Source: an uncultured Lentisphaerota bacterium (lineage in GTDB: Bacteria; Verrucomicrobiota; Kiritimatiellia; CAIQIC01; JAGNIJ01). Taken from it: a DNA stretch of 41,059 nucleotides. Below, piece by piece: positions 15,598-23,937 of this stretch (within the stretch, counting starts at the first letter, position 1; each line of letters opens with the position of its first letter). The notes under the pieces were generated by a model. The model was not told the origin of the DNA. It was given only the letters and a program-made list of their open reading frames with translations, and did no database searches. Where the stretch lies: assembly GCA_937870865.1 (NCBI GenBank), contig CALMZY010000218.1, positions 1 to 41,059 on the forward strand, in the 5' to 3' direction. Made by a program: the position numbers and the translations under genes.

Positions 15598-16778
15598 TGG
15601 CCCCCGCCAAGAGAGACTACTACGAGGTGCTCGGCATCCCGCGCGAGGCGTCGGCGGACGACCTGAAAAAGGCGTACCGCAAACTCGCGCTCCAGTACCA
15701 CCCGGACAAAAACCCCGGCAACGTGGAGGCAGAGGAGAAGTTCAAGGAGATCTCCGAGGCGTACGAGGTCCTGAGCGACCCCCAGAAGAAGGCGATGTAT
15801 GACCAATACGGTCACCAGGCCTTCCGCCCCGGCGCGGGCGCGGGCGCCGGGTTCGGCGGCTTCGGAATCGATCTCGAAGAAGCGCTCCGCACGTTCATGG
15901 GCGCGTTCGGCGGCGGCGGAAGCATCTTCGACAATTTCTTCGGCGGCGGCGAACCGTCGCGGGATTCCTCGATGCGCGGCGCGGATCTTCGATTCGACCT
16001 CGAAATCGAATTCGAGGAGGCGATTTTCGGTTCCCAGCGGGACGTGACCCTGCCGATCATGGACGAGTGCGAGGCCTGCAAGGGAACGGGAGCCGAGCCG
16101 GGCAGCAAGAAGGAGAAATGCCGCCGCTGCGGCGGCCGCGGCATGATGATCAGCTCGAACGGATTTTTCCAGGTCCGCCAGACCTGCCCGTCCTGCGGCG
16201 GCACCGGCGAGACCATCGCCAACCCCTGCCGCACGTGCCGCGGCGAGGGCCGCGTACGCAGCAAACGGACGCTGAACCTGAAAATTCCGGCCGGCGTCGA
16301 GACCGGTTCGCGCCTCCGGCTGGCCGGCAAAGGGGAAGGCGGCTCGCGCGGCGGGCCGGCGGGCGACCTGTACGTGGTGCTTCACGTCAAACCGCACCCG
16401 CTGTTTCAGCGCAAGGACGAGGACATCTTCATCGAGATGCCCGTGCCGTTCCACGTCGCCGCGCTCGGCGGCGAGATCAATGTTCCGACCATCCACGGCT
16501 ACACGGCCCTGAAGATCCCGCCCGGCACCGAGAGCGGCACCGTCTTCCGGCTCCGCGGCAAGGGCCTGGCCGGCGTACACGGCTTCCGCAACGGCGACCA
16601 GCACGTCCGCGTCAGCGTCGAAGTCCCGCCGAGACTGAACGGCGACCAGCGCGACGCGCTCCGCCGGTTCGCGGAAGTCTGCACCGACGCCCATCATCCG
16701 CAGCAGAGGAAGGTTCTCGACGCGGCGGAAGAGTTCTACACGCACAAGAAGGCGATGGAAGAGGGACGGGAGAAATGA
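15597..16778 (+). CDS. dnaJ: Molecular chaperone DnaJ
   Basis: ATG at 15597 overlaps the grpE TGA. It has a J-domain ([13 protein letters not shown]...YHPDKNPG), a G/F-rich region, and four CxxCxGxG zinc-finger repeats. The 606-aa ORF-table entry is an upstream artefact extension. Confidence 0.95.
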   Translation: MAPAKRDYYEVLGIPREASADDLKKAYRKLALQYHPDKNPGNVEAEEKFKEISEAYEVLSDPQKKAMYDQYGHQAFRPGAGAGAGFGGFGIDLEEALRTFMGAFGGGGSIFDNFFGGGEPSRDSSMRGADLRFDLEIEFEEAIFGSQRDVTLPIMDECEACKGTGAEPGSKKEKCRRCGGRGMMISSNGFFQVRQTCPSCGGTGETIANPCRTCRGEGRVRSKRTLNLKIPAGVETGSRLRLAGKGEGGSRGGPAGDLYVVLHVKPHPLFQRKDEDIFIEMPVPFHVAALGGEINVPTIHGYTALKIPPGTESGTVFRLRGKGLAGVHGFRNGDQHVRVSVEVPPRLNGDQRDALRRFAEVCTDAHHPQQRKVLDAAEEFYTHKKAMEEGREK

Positions 16779-16912
16779 CGAATGTCTAATGACGAATGAC
16801 GAAAGAATGACTCAATGTCGAATGTCGAAAAAGGCACCAATGGACCCGCGGGAGCTTCGTCATTCGGTCATTCCGACATTCATTCGTCATTGGGGTTTGG
16901 TCATTCGTCATT
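16774..16912. repeat. Tandem-word palindrome H3 (heptamer AATGACG family)
   Basis: The left arm is AATGACG AATGTCT AATGACG AATGACG ...CAATGTCG AATGTCG (16774-16827). The right arm holds CGTCATT-type words (16856-16912). It spans from the dnaJ stop to the probable rsmE start. Confidence 0.75.
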
Positions 16913-17654
16913 GAAATCCCACGCCCGCTGTTTCATCCCTCCCTCTGACTGGTCCCGGAACGACGTCACGCTCGACGAGCACGAATCCCACCACCTGCTT
17001 CACGTGCTTCGCGTGAAGCCCGGGGACAAGGTCGAGGTGTTCAACGGCGAGGGCGGCACGGGCATTGCGGCCGTCGAATCGGCGGTCCGCGGCGCCGTCA
17101 TGGTCCGCTTTCTTGAACGCGTGGAACGGAAACGACCGGCCGTTCGATTCGCTCTCATCCAGGCCGTACCCCGCGAGCAGAAGATGGACCTGATCATCCA
17201 AAAGGCGACCGAACTCGGCGCGGCGGTGATTCTTCCGGTGACCACGGAACATGCGGTGGTTCACGTGAAGGCCGACCGCCGCGAGGGCAAGCGCGAGCGC
17301 TGGGAGAAGATTGCGCTGAACGCCGCGAAGCAGTGCGGCACAGCGTGGCTCCCCCGGATCGCTCCCGCCCAGACCCTGTCGGCATTCCTCGCCGGCGAAC
17401 GGCGGATCGACGCCCTGCTCGTTTGCGCGCTTGACGAGAAAACCGTTCCGATCCGTGACGCCATTCAATCCATCAAGGCCCGGTCCATTTCGAGCGTGGG
17501 CGTGCTGGTCGGCCCGGAAGGCGACTTCAGCGCCGCGGAAATGGAGGCCATTCGGGCCGCCGGCGCGATTTCCGTCAGCCTCGGCGACAGCGTCCTGCGC
17601 ACCGAAACTGCGGCGATTTACGCGCTGGGCGTGTTGCGGTACGAGTTCCTGTAA
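16911..17654 (+). CDS. rsmE: 16S rRNA (uracil1498-N3)-methyltransferase
   Basis: Shows the RsmE pattern (RCFIPP..., HHLLHVLRVKPGD, LIQAVPREQKMDLIIQKATELG, VGPEGDFS, LGDSVLRTETA). The probable start is TTG 16911. The ORF-table start at 16815 would translate the H3 palindrome arm. Confidence 0.85.
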   Translation: MKSHARCFIPPSDWSRNDVTLDEHESHHLLHVLRVKPGDKVEVFNGEGGTGIAAVESAVRGAVMVRFLERVERKRPAVRFALIQAVPREQKMDLIIQKATELGAAVILPVTTEHAVVHVKADRREGKRERWEKIALNAAKQCGTAWLPRIAPAQTLSAFLAGERRIDALLVCALDEKTVPIRDAIQSIKARSISSVGVLVGPEGDFSAAEMEAIRAAGAISVSLGDSVLRTETAAIYALGVLRYEFL

Positions 17655-17747
17655 ACCCCTTGAAATTGCGAGTTTTTTTGGCTTTTTCAGGCCCGGACCG
17701 TGCGGTATGTTGCTCATTTTCGGCTAGGGGGAGTGCTTGGTTTGACC

Positions 17748-18410
17748 GTGAGTACATACCCAAAATCCAGAACCGGCCGAACGGTTGTTTCGTCGGTCCT
17801 CGCCGTGCTCATCGGTTCGGTTGTTCTTTTCTGCCGGGCCCAGATTGTTCAATCCAGCTTCGAAGAACCGCTCAGCCCCACGTGGCAGGGCCCGGAGGGC
17901 GGCGGGGCCTGCGGCGGGTTCGGCGAAGGGGCCGTCATCGGCATCGGCAAAGAGAACTTCGTGCATTCCGGCAAGCACGCCGTGAAGCTGGCGGTCGGCG
18001 ATGACGGCAATCCGAACGCGATGGCGTGGGCCGGCGTCATGCAGATCCTGCCATGCGTGGCCGGGAAGAAGGTGCGTGTCGGCGCGTGGCTGTACTACAG
18101 TTCCGTCTCAATGCCCCTGCTCAACACCTCCCAGGCGCAGCTGAAAATCGAGTATTTCGAGGACAAAGACGCCAAACAACTGCTGCCCGGCCATGTTTTT
18201 CTGAGCACGCCATTCAATTCCGCGACGTACAAGGCGGACACGTGGCACCTGATTGAAGCGTTTGACCGCGCCCCTCAAAACGCGCGCAGCCTGAAGTTTT
18301 CAATCGTCATCACCTCCCAGAACGCGACCGCACGACGCCAGGCAGTCTGGCTGGACGACATGTTCGTGGATGTCCAGACGGCACGGCAGAGGCTTCCTTC
18401 GAATTCCTGA
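17748..18410 (+). CDS. Secreted protein with carbohydrate-binding-module-like (CBM4/9-type jelly-roll) features
   Basis: Signal-like N-terminus (STYPKSRTGRTVVSSVLAVLIGSVVLFCRA) followed by a beta-rich region ending in VWLDDMFV. The start is uncertain (GTG 17700 or GTG 17748). The fold assignment is tentative. Confidence 0.5.
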   Translation: MSTYPKSRTGRTVVSSVLAVLIGSVVLFCRAQIVQSSFEEPLSPTWQGPEGGGACGGFGEGAVIGIGKENFVHSGKHAVKLAVGDDGNPNAMAWAGVMQILPCVAGKKVRVGAWLYYSSVSMPLLNTSQAQLKIEYFEDKDAKQLLPGHVFLSTPFNSATYKADTWHLIEAFDRAPQNARSLKFSIVITSQNATARRQAVWLDDMFVDVQTARQRLPSNS

Positions 18411-18510
18411 GTGTTTTTCTTTGAAAGCGCTTAGCAAATCAATTGCCTCCGGCACGTCAACCCGGTATAAGTTCAGCTTCGAGTTGCGTTCGAACCGATC
18501 AGGTCAACGA

Positions 18511-19932
18511 ATGAAAATCCGCCTCTTTTTGGTTTTTGTCTGCCTGTCTGCAGCCGGTATTGGGATCGCTTTCGTCGGCGGCTGCGCGCCGACCAAGAGC
18601 GACAAGACGGCTGACGGCCGGACCATTGTCACCTACTGGGAGAAATGGACCGGCTTCGAAGGCGACGCCATGCAGGCGATCGTCGACGATTTCAACAAAT
18701 CGCAGGACCGGATTTTCGTCGAGCGCCTCCCCGTCAGTTCCATCGACCGCAAAATCATGCTGGCCACGGCGGGCGGCGATCCGCCGGACATCGCCGGACT
18801 GTGGTCCTGGGCCATCGCGAATTACGCCGAGAAAGGCGCCATCACCCCGCTCAACAAGATGCTGGCGGAAGCGGGTATTTCAAAGACCAACTACATTCCC
18901 GTATTCTGGGATTTGTGTTCATACCGCGGGTTCACGTGGGCCCTGCCTTCCACGCCCGCGACGATGGCGCTTCACTGGAACAAGAAGATGTTCCGCGAAG
19001 CGGGGCTTGATCCCGACGTGCCTCCGAAGAGCCTGGACGAATTGGACGCCATGGCGGAGAAACTCACGGTCGTCCAGATTGACCGCAAGGGAAAGAAGGC
19101 CCGCGTCCGCTACACCGACCTGACCCCCGAGGAAAAGGAAGCGCGGGATTTCAGCATCGTTCAACTGGGGATCTCGCCCGCGGAACCGGGCTGGTACAAC
19201 CAGATGTGGGGCTACTGGTTCGGGGGCCGGCTGTGGGACAGTGACCGCAAGATCACGGCCAACAGCCCGGAGAACGCGGCCGCGCTCGATTGGTTTGTCA
19301 GCTACCCGAGAAAATACGGCCTGCGCAACATGCAGACCTTCGGCGCGACGTTCGGAAATTTCTCGTCGCCGCAGAACCCCTTCCTCGCCGGCCGCATCGC
19401 GATGGTGATCCAGGGCGTCTGGATGTACAACTTCATCAGCAAGTACTCGCCGGGCATGGAATGGGGCGCCGCGCCGTTCCCGTCGAAGGACCCCGCGAAA
19501 ACGCCGAATGTGACAATCGCCGAGTGCGACGTGATGGCCATTCCGAAAGGCGCACGGCATCCGAAGGAAGCGTTCGAGTTCATCCGGTACGTGAACAGCC
19601 AGGCGCCGATGGAAAAACTCTGCATCGGCCAGCGGAAATTCTCACCGCTCGCGATCTGCAGCCCGGATTTCGTCCAGAAGCATCCGAACCCCTTCATCGA
19701 GGTTTTCAGCGACCTGGCCCGGAGCGAGAACGCGCTCTATGTGCCGCAAATCTCCATATGGAACGAGTACGTGGAAGAGATGAACGTCGCCTATGACCGC
19801 GCGAACATCGGCGCGAAAACGCCGCGGGACGCGCTCACGATCGCCGAAGAGCGCGTCCAATGGAAATTCGACCGCATCATGCGCCGGTGGGACAAGGTCA
19901 AGGAAGAGCGCATCAAGGAGTGGAGCCAATGA
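18511..19932 (+). CDS. Sugar ABC transporter substrate-binding lipoprotein (family 1 SBP)
   Basis: ATG at 18511. It has a lipoprotein signal (MKIRLFLVFVCLSAAGIGIAFVGGC) and SBP_bac_1-like sequence (YWEKWTGFEGDAM..., QGVWMYNF). Confidence 0.85.
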   Translation: MKIRLFLVFVCLSAAGIGIAFVGGCAPTKSDKTADGRTIVTYWEKWTGFEGDAMQAIVDDFNKSQDRIFVERLPVSSIDRKIMLATAGGDPPDIAGLWSWAIANYAEKGAITPLNKMLAEAGISKTNYIPVFWDLCSYRGFTWALPSTPATMALHWNKKMFREAGLDPDVPPKSLDELDAMAEKLTVVQIDRKGKKARVRYTDLTPEEKEARDFSIVQLGISPAEPGWYNQMWGYWFGGRLWDSDRKITANSPENAAALDWFVSYPRKYGLRNMQTFGATFGNFSSPQNPFLAGRIAMVIQGVWMYNFISKYSPGMEWGAAPFPSKDPAKTPNVTIAECDVMAIPKGARHPKEAFEFIRYVNSQAPMEKLCIGQRKFSPLAICSPDFVQKHPNPFIEVFSDLARSENALYVPQISIWNEYVEEMNVAYDRANIGAKTPRDALTIAEERVQWKFDRIMRRWDKVKEERIKEWSQ

Positions 19933-20882
19933 CACGCGGTGAATTCCGAACGCTGATGACCGGGCTGGCCTTCACCAGTCCGTGGATCCTGGGCTTCCTC
20001 ATCTTCACGCTCTACCCCGTCGCGGCCTCCATCTACTACTCCTTCTGCGATTACGACGTCCTGTCCCGCCCCGTCTGGATCGGCACGCTGAATTACCACG
20101 ACATGCTCACGGACGCCGTGTTCTGGAAGTCCCTCAAGAACACGTTCTACTACGCCTTGGTATCCCTTCCTCTCGGACTGATCCTGTCCCTGCTCGTCGC
20201 CGTCCTGCTCAACAATTCGGTCGTGGGACGGCCGGCGTTCCGGACGTTCTTCTTTCTCCCCTCTCTCGTTCCGGCGGTCGCGCTGGCCATGTTGTGGCTG
20301 TGGATTTTCAACGGCGAGTTCGGCATCCTGAACTATGCCATGAACTGGGCCTGGACGAAGATCGGCGTGTTTGCCGCCTGGGTGTCGGCGTTCTTCTCGG
20401 ACGCGCCTCTTCACTGGCCCAAGCCGCACTTCCCCAACTGGCTGGCCGAGGAGCAATGGGTCATGCCGGCGATCATCATGACCTCCCTGTGGGGCATCGG
20501 CGGAACGGTCGTGATCTACCTCGCCGCCCTCCAGGATGTGCCCCGCGAGCTGTACGAGTCCGCCGATATCGACGGCGCGTCCACGTGGACAAAGCTGCGC
20601 CACATCACGGTCCCCATGATCTCGCCGGTGATTTACTTCAACCTGATCATGGGCATCATCGGCGCGCTCCAGGTCTTCTCGGGCCCGTTCATCATGTTCG
20701 GCGGAAGCGGGCCGAACCGCTCCGCGCTCTTCTACGCGATCTACATCTATCAGAACGCTTTCGAATACAACCAGATGGGGTACGCGTGCGCCATGGCCTG
20801 GGTCCTTTTCCTGATCATCCTCGCGCTGACCTGGCTCGCCACACGGGCAACGCGTAAACACGTTTACTACGCAGGGGAGTAG
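19929..20882 (+). CDS. Carbohydrate ABC transporter permease (MalF/UgpA-like)
   Basis: ATGA overlap with the SBP gene. It has six hydrophobic spans and an EAA-like loop (ALQDVPRELYESADIDGASTWTKLRHITVPMISP). Confidence 0.85.
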   Translation: MTRGEFRTLMTGLAFTSPWILGFLIFTLYPVAASIYYSFCDYDVLSRPVWIGTLNYHDMLTDAVFWKSLKNTFYYALVSLPLGLILSLLVAVLLNNSVVGRPAFRTFFFLPSLVPAVALAMLWLWIFNGEFGILNYAMNWAWTKIGVFAAWVSAFFSDAPLHWPKPHFPNWLAEEQWVMPAIIMTSLWGIGGTVVIYLAALQDVPRELYESADIDGASTWTKLRHITVPMISPVIYFNLIMGIIGALQVFSGPFIMFGGSGPNRSALFYAIYIYQNAFEYNQMGYACAMAWVLFLIILALTWLATRATRKHVYYAGE

Positions 20883-20886
20883 TGCC

Positions 20887-22182
20887 ATGAAACAGTTCTT
20901 CAGCCGTCTTGCGATCTATATCCTCCTGATCACCGGTTCGGCCATTTTCCTCGTCCCCCTGTTCTGGATGATGTCCACGGCGCTCAAGCCGATTGACCAG
21001 ACCATGGCCATGCCGCCCACCTGGATTCCATTCCGCCTGTACGCCCAGCTCGACGGCGAGCGCGTGTCCGTGAAAACCGGCGAAACCCTGTCCGCGCCGG
21101 CTGTCGTGGTCGTGATCAAGGAAACCGGCCAGAAGCGGATTGTCGCACCGGACCAGGTTGTCAAAGGCCGGCTGGTCACGCGCGACAAATCCGGCGAGCA
21201 GATCAAACTGCCCGTGACGGTCGTCAAGGAAATCCCCGCGTCGAAACAGGAACCGTGGATCCGGGTCACGCCGGAAGAAGTCATGGCGGCCATCCAGGCC
21301 GGCAAAGGGGATACATCGCTCGTGTCCAACTGGGACGTGGTCCCGCAGAACTCGCTCGTCAGGGAGCGGGCCCTCCGGTGGGACAATTTCGGCAAGGCCA
21401 TCAAGGCTCTCGGGGTCTACGAATTCACCCCGCGCGAGCTCGCCAACAACTGGCTGGGCATTGTGCCCGGCGCCTGGCGCGACAACCTGGCCTCCAGCCT
21501 CTACGAGAAGATGAGCCCGAAACTGAAGAGGATCTTCTCCCTCAACTTCACCGCCTACCTGAAAAACACGCTCATTCTCTGCGTCCTGACCGTGCTCGGC
21601 ACGGTGCTTTCCAGCGCGCTCGCCGCCTACGGCTTCGCCCGCATCCCCTGGCGCGGCCGCAACAAGGCCTTCGTGATCGCCCTGGCAACGATGATGATCC
21701 CCTTCCCCGTGATCATGGTCCCCGTCTACTGCCTGTTCCGATGGGCCGGCTGGATCGGGACCCTGCGCCCCCTGTGGGTCGGCTCCTTCTGCGCCGGCGC
21801 GTTCAACGTGTTCCTTCTGCGCCAGTTCTTCATGACCATTCCCAAGGACCTGTCCGACGCCGCGCGCATCGACGGCTGCAGCGAGTGGCGCATCTTCTGG
21901 CAGATCATCCTCCCGCTCAGCAAGCCCGCGCTGATGGTCGTCGGCCTGTTCCAGTTCATGGGAACCTGGAACGACTTCCTTGGCCCCCTGATTTACCTGA
22001 CGAACCAGAAGGACTTCACGCTCGCGCTCGGCCTCCAGTTCTACCAGAGCCAGCAGGGCGGCACGGAATGGCACTACCTGATGGCCGCCAGCACCCTCGT
22101 CGTCCTGCCGATCATCGTCCTGTTCTTCTTCACGCAGAAGACGTTCATCGAAGGCATTTCGATGACGGGCATCAAGGGGTGA
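20887..22182 (+). CDS. Carbohydrate ABC transporter permease (MalG/UgpE-like) with a ~170-aa extracytoplasmic insertion after TM1
   Basis: It has an EAA loop (FMTIPKDLSDAARIDGCSEWRIFWQIILPLSKP). Residues ~35-205 between the first and second hydrophobic spans are hydrophilic, which is not usual in ~280-aa MalG-type permeases. Confidence 0.85.
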   Translation: MKQFFSRLAIYILLITGSAIFLVPLFWMMSTALKPIDQTMAMPPTWIPFRLYAQLDGERVSVKTGETLSAPAVVVVIKETGQKRIVAPDQVVKGRLVTRDKSGEQIKLPVTVVKEIPASKQEPWIRVTPEEVMAAIQAGKGDTSLVSNWDVVPQNSLVRERALRWDNFGKAIKALGVYEFTPRELANNWLGIVPGAWRDNLASSLYEKMSPKLKRIFSLNFTAYLKNTLILCVLTVLGTVLSSALAAYGFARIPWRGRNKAFVIALATMMIPFPVIMVPVYCLFRWAGWIGTLRPLWVGSFCAGAFNVFLLRQFFMTIPKDLSDAARIDGCSEWRIFWQIILPLSKPALMVVGLFQFMGTWNDFLGPLIYLTNQKDFTLALGLQFYQSQQGGTEWHYLMAASTLVVLPIIVLFFFTQKTFIEGISMTGIKG

Positions 22183-22185
22183 TGG

Positions 22186-22255
22186 GAACGCCGGACGTCG
22201 AACGCTGAACGCCGAACTTCGAAGTTCGGCGTTGGACGTTGGGCGTTCGGCGTTT
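22186..22255. repeat. Tandem-word palindrome H4 (5 + 5 heptamers, GAACGCC family)
   Basis: GAACGCC GGACGTC GAACGCT GAACGCC GAACTTC | GAAGTTC GGCGTTG GACGTTG GGCGTTC GGCGTTT. There is no loop (centre CTTCGAAG). It begins 4 nt after the permease stop. Confidence 0.8.
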
Positions 22256-22278
22256 AGTCATTCAGACCTTGGAGAAAA

Positions 22279-23883
22279 ATGAAACCTCTGAACCGGGAAC
22301 AGCTTTCGTGGGTTGACGAAACCCTTTCCTCCCTCTCGCTCGAGCAGCGCGTCGCCCAGCTTCTCCAGCCGAAGATCGACCGCCCTTCCGACGTGGACTT
22401 TCTCCTGAAAACAATGGAGAAGATCCCGTTCGGCGGGCTGTTTGTCTGGGGCGCGCCGCGCGAGGCGCACCTCGAGCGTATCGGCCGTCTGCAGGCCGCC
22501 AGCCGCATCCCGATCGTCGTCGCGGCCGACCTTGAAAACGGCCCCGGCTACATTGTCCACGACACCGCCCGCTTCCCGGACACGCTCGCCGTGGGCGCCG
22601 CCGACAGCGAGGAACTGGCCTATACCATGGGCAAAGCCGCCGCGCTCGACGGCCGCGCGTCGGGTATTCATTGGACGTTTGCGCCCGTCGTGGATGTCAA
22701 CGTCAACCCCGACAATCCCATCGCGAACACCCGCTGCCTCGGCGACAACCCGGAGCGGATTGGAAAGCTCGCCGCCGCCATCATTCGCGGCATGCAGGAC
22801 CACGGTCTCGCTGCCTGCGCAAAGCACTTCCCCGGCGACGGCCTCGACGATCTCGACCAGCACATCTCGACCTCGGTCAACCCGCTCTCTCTGGAAGAGT
22901 GGAAAACCGTTTCGGGCCGCGCATTCAACTCCGCATTCGCCGCCGGGGCGTGGAGCACAATGGTCGGTCACATCGCCTTCCCGGCCTGGGACCCGGAAAA
23001 AGACGGGCGAGGCGCCCTCCGGCCAGCGACCGTCAGCCGCCGCATTGTGACGGACCTTCTTCGCAAGGAGATGAAGTTCGGCGGGCTGGCCGTGACGGAC
23101 GACATGAACATGGGCGGCGTCGCCGGCTACATAAACCTGCGCGACCGGACGGTCGGCTGCATCAAGGCGGGCTGCGACATGTACCTCTTCCCGCCTATGC
23201 CGTACGCGTACGACACGCTCGTCGCCGCGGTCCGCTCCGGCGAGCTTTCCGAGGAGCGCGTGACGGACGCGGCGCGCCGCGTCCTCGAATTCAAGGCCCG
23301 GCTGAACCTGCACACGGGCCAGGTTGTCGGCCGAACGCCGTCCGCCGCCGAGGCGGCGGAGTTTGAAGACGCGGCCCAGCACATCGCGGAGCGCGCGCTC
23401 GTGTGCGCGCGCGACACGAACAAGCTTCTCCCCCTGCGCCTCCCGCCGGGCGCCCGGGTGCTGACGGTCACCCTGACGAACGACGGACTCGAATTGGCCG
23501 AAATCGACAAGGAACTGGCGGCGCGCGGATACCAGGTCACGCATATCGTGGCGGACAACTACGGGTGCGTGGATCGGTTCATCCGCGAGGTGGACGCCAT
23601 CTTCATCAACTTCATGTTCAAGGCGAACTGGGCCGTCGGATCGGTGCGCTCCATCGGCCCGCACAACCGGATGTACATGAACGGATTCTACATGGAACAC
23701 CCGCGGGTCGTCTTCACGTCGTTCGGCTCCCCCTACCACCTGCGGCAGTTCGGTTCGCTTCCGAACCTCCTCAACACGCATTCGTCCTCCCCCGGCAGCC
23801 AGCGCGCCGCCGTGGCCGCGTGGTTTGGGGAAATCCCGATCGCGGGCAAGAGCCCGGTGGGGAACCTTGAGCGAACTTTTTAG
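22279..23883 (+). CDS. Glycoside hydrolase family 3 protein (NagZ/beta-glucosidase-like N-domain)
   Basis: 534 aa with GH3 blocks (AADLENGPG, PVVDVN.NPDNPI, KHFPGDG, AVTDDMNMGG). Confidence 0.85.
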   Translation: MKPLNREQLSWVDETLSSLSLEQRVAQLLQPKIDRPSDVDFLLKTMEKIPFGGLFVWGAPREAHLERIGRLQAASRIPIVVAADLENGPGYIVHDTARFPDTLAVGAADSEELAYTMGKAAALDGRASGIHWTFAPVVDVNVNPDNPIANTRCLGDNPERIGKLAAAIIRGMQDHGLAACAKHFPGDGLDDLDQHISTSVNPLSLEEWKTVSGRAFNSAFAAGAWSTMVGHIAFPAWDPEKDGRGALRPATVSRRIVTDLLRKEMKFGGLAVTDDMNMGGVAGYINLRDRTVGCIKAGCDMYLFPPMPYAYDTLVAAVRSGELSEERVTDAARRVLEFKARLNLHTGQVVGRTPSAAEAAEFEDAAQHIAERALVCARDTNKLLPLRLPPGARVLTVTLTNDGLELAEIDKELAARGYQVTHIVADNYGCVDRFIREVDAIFINFMFKANWAVGSVRSIGPHNRMYMNGFYMEHPRVVFTSFGSPYHLRQFGSLPNLLNTHSSSPGSQRAAVAAWFGEIPIAGKSPVGNLERTF

Positions 23884-23929
23884 TCCAAAGTCCAAAGACC
23901 GTTCGACTTTGGACCTTGGACGTTGGACT
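23882..23929. repeat. Tandem-word palindrome H5 (AGTCCAA x2 / NTTGGAC x3)
   Basis: AGTCCAA AGTCCAA AG - loop ACCGTTCGA - C TTTGGAC CTTGGAC GTTGGAC. It starts inside the GH3 TAG stop and uses the same word family as H2. Confidence 0.7.
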
Positions 23930-23937
23930 CCTGCAAC

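Noticed and set aside
17257-17272. parS-like palindrome TGGTTCACGTGAAGGC inside rsmE
   Set aside because: Only the 10-bp core TTCACGTGAA matches and the flanking positions deviate from the parS consensus. It is inside a coding region 20 kb from parB, so a chance palindrome is plausible.
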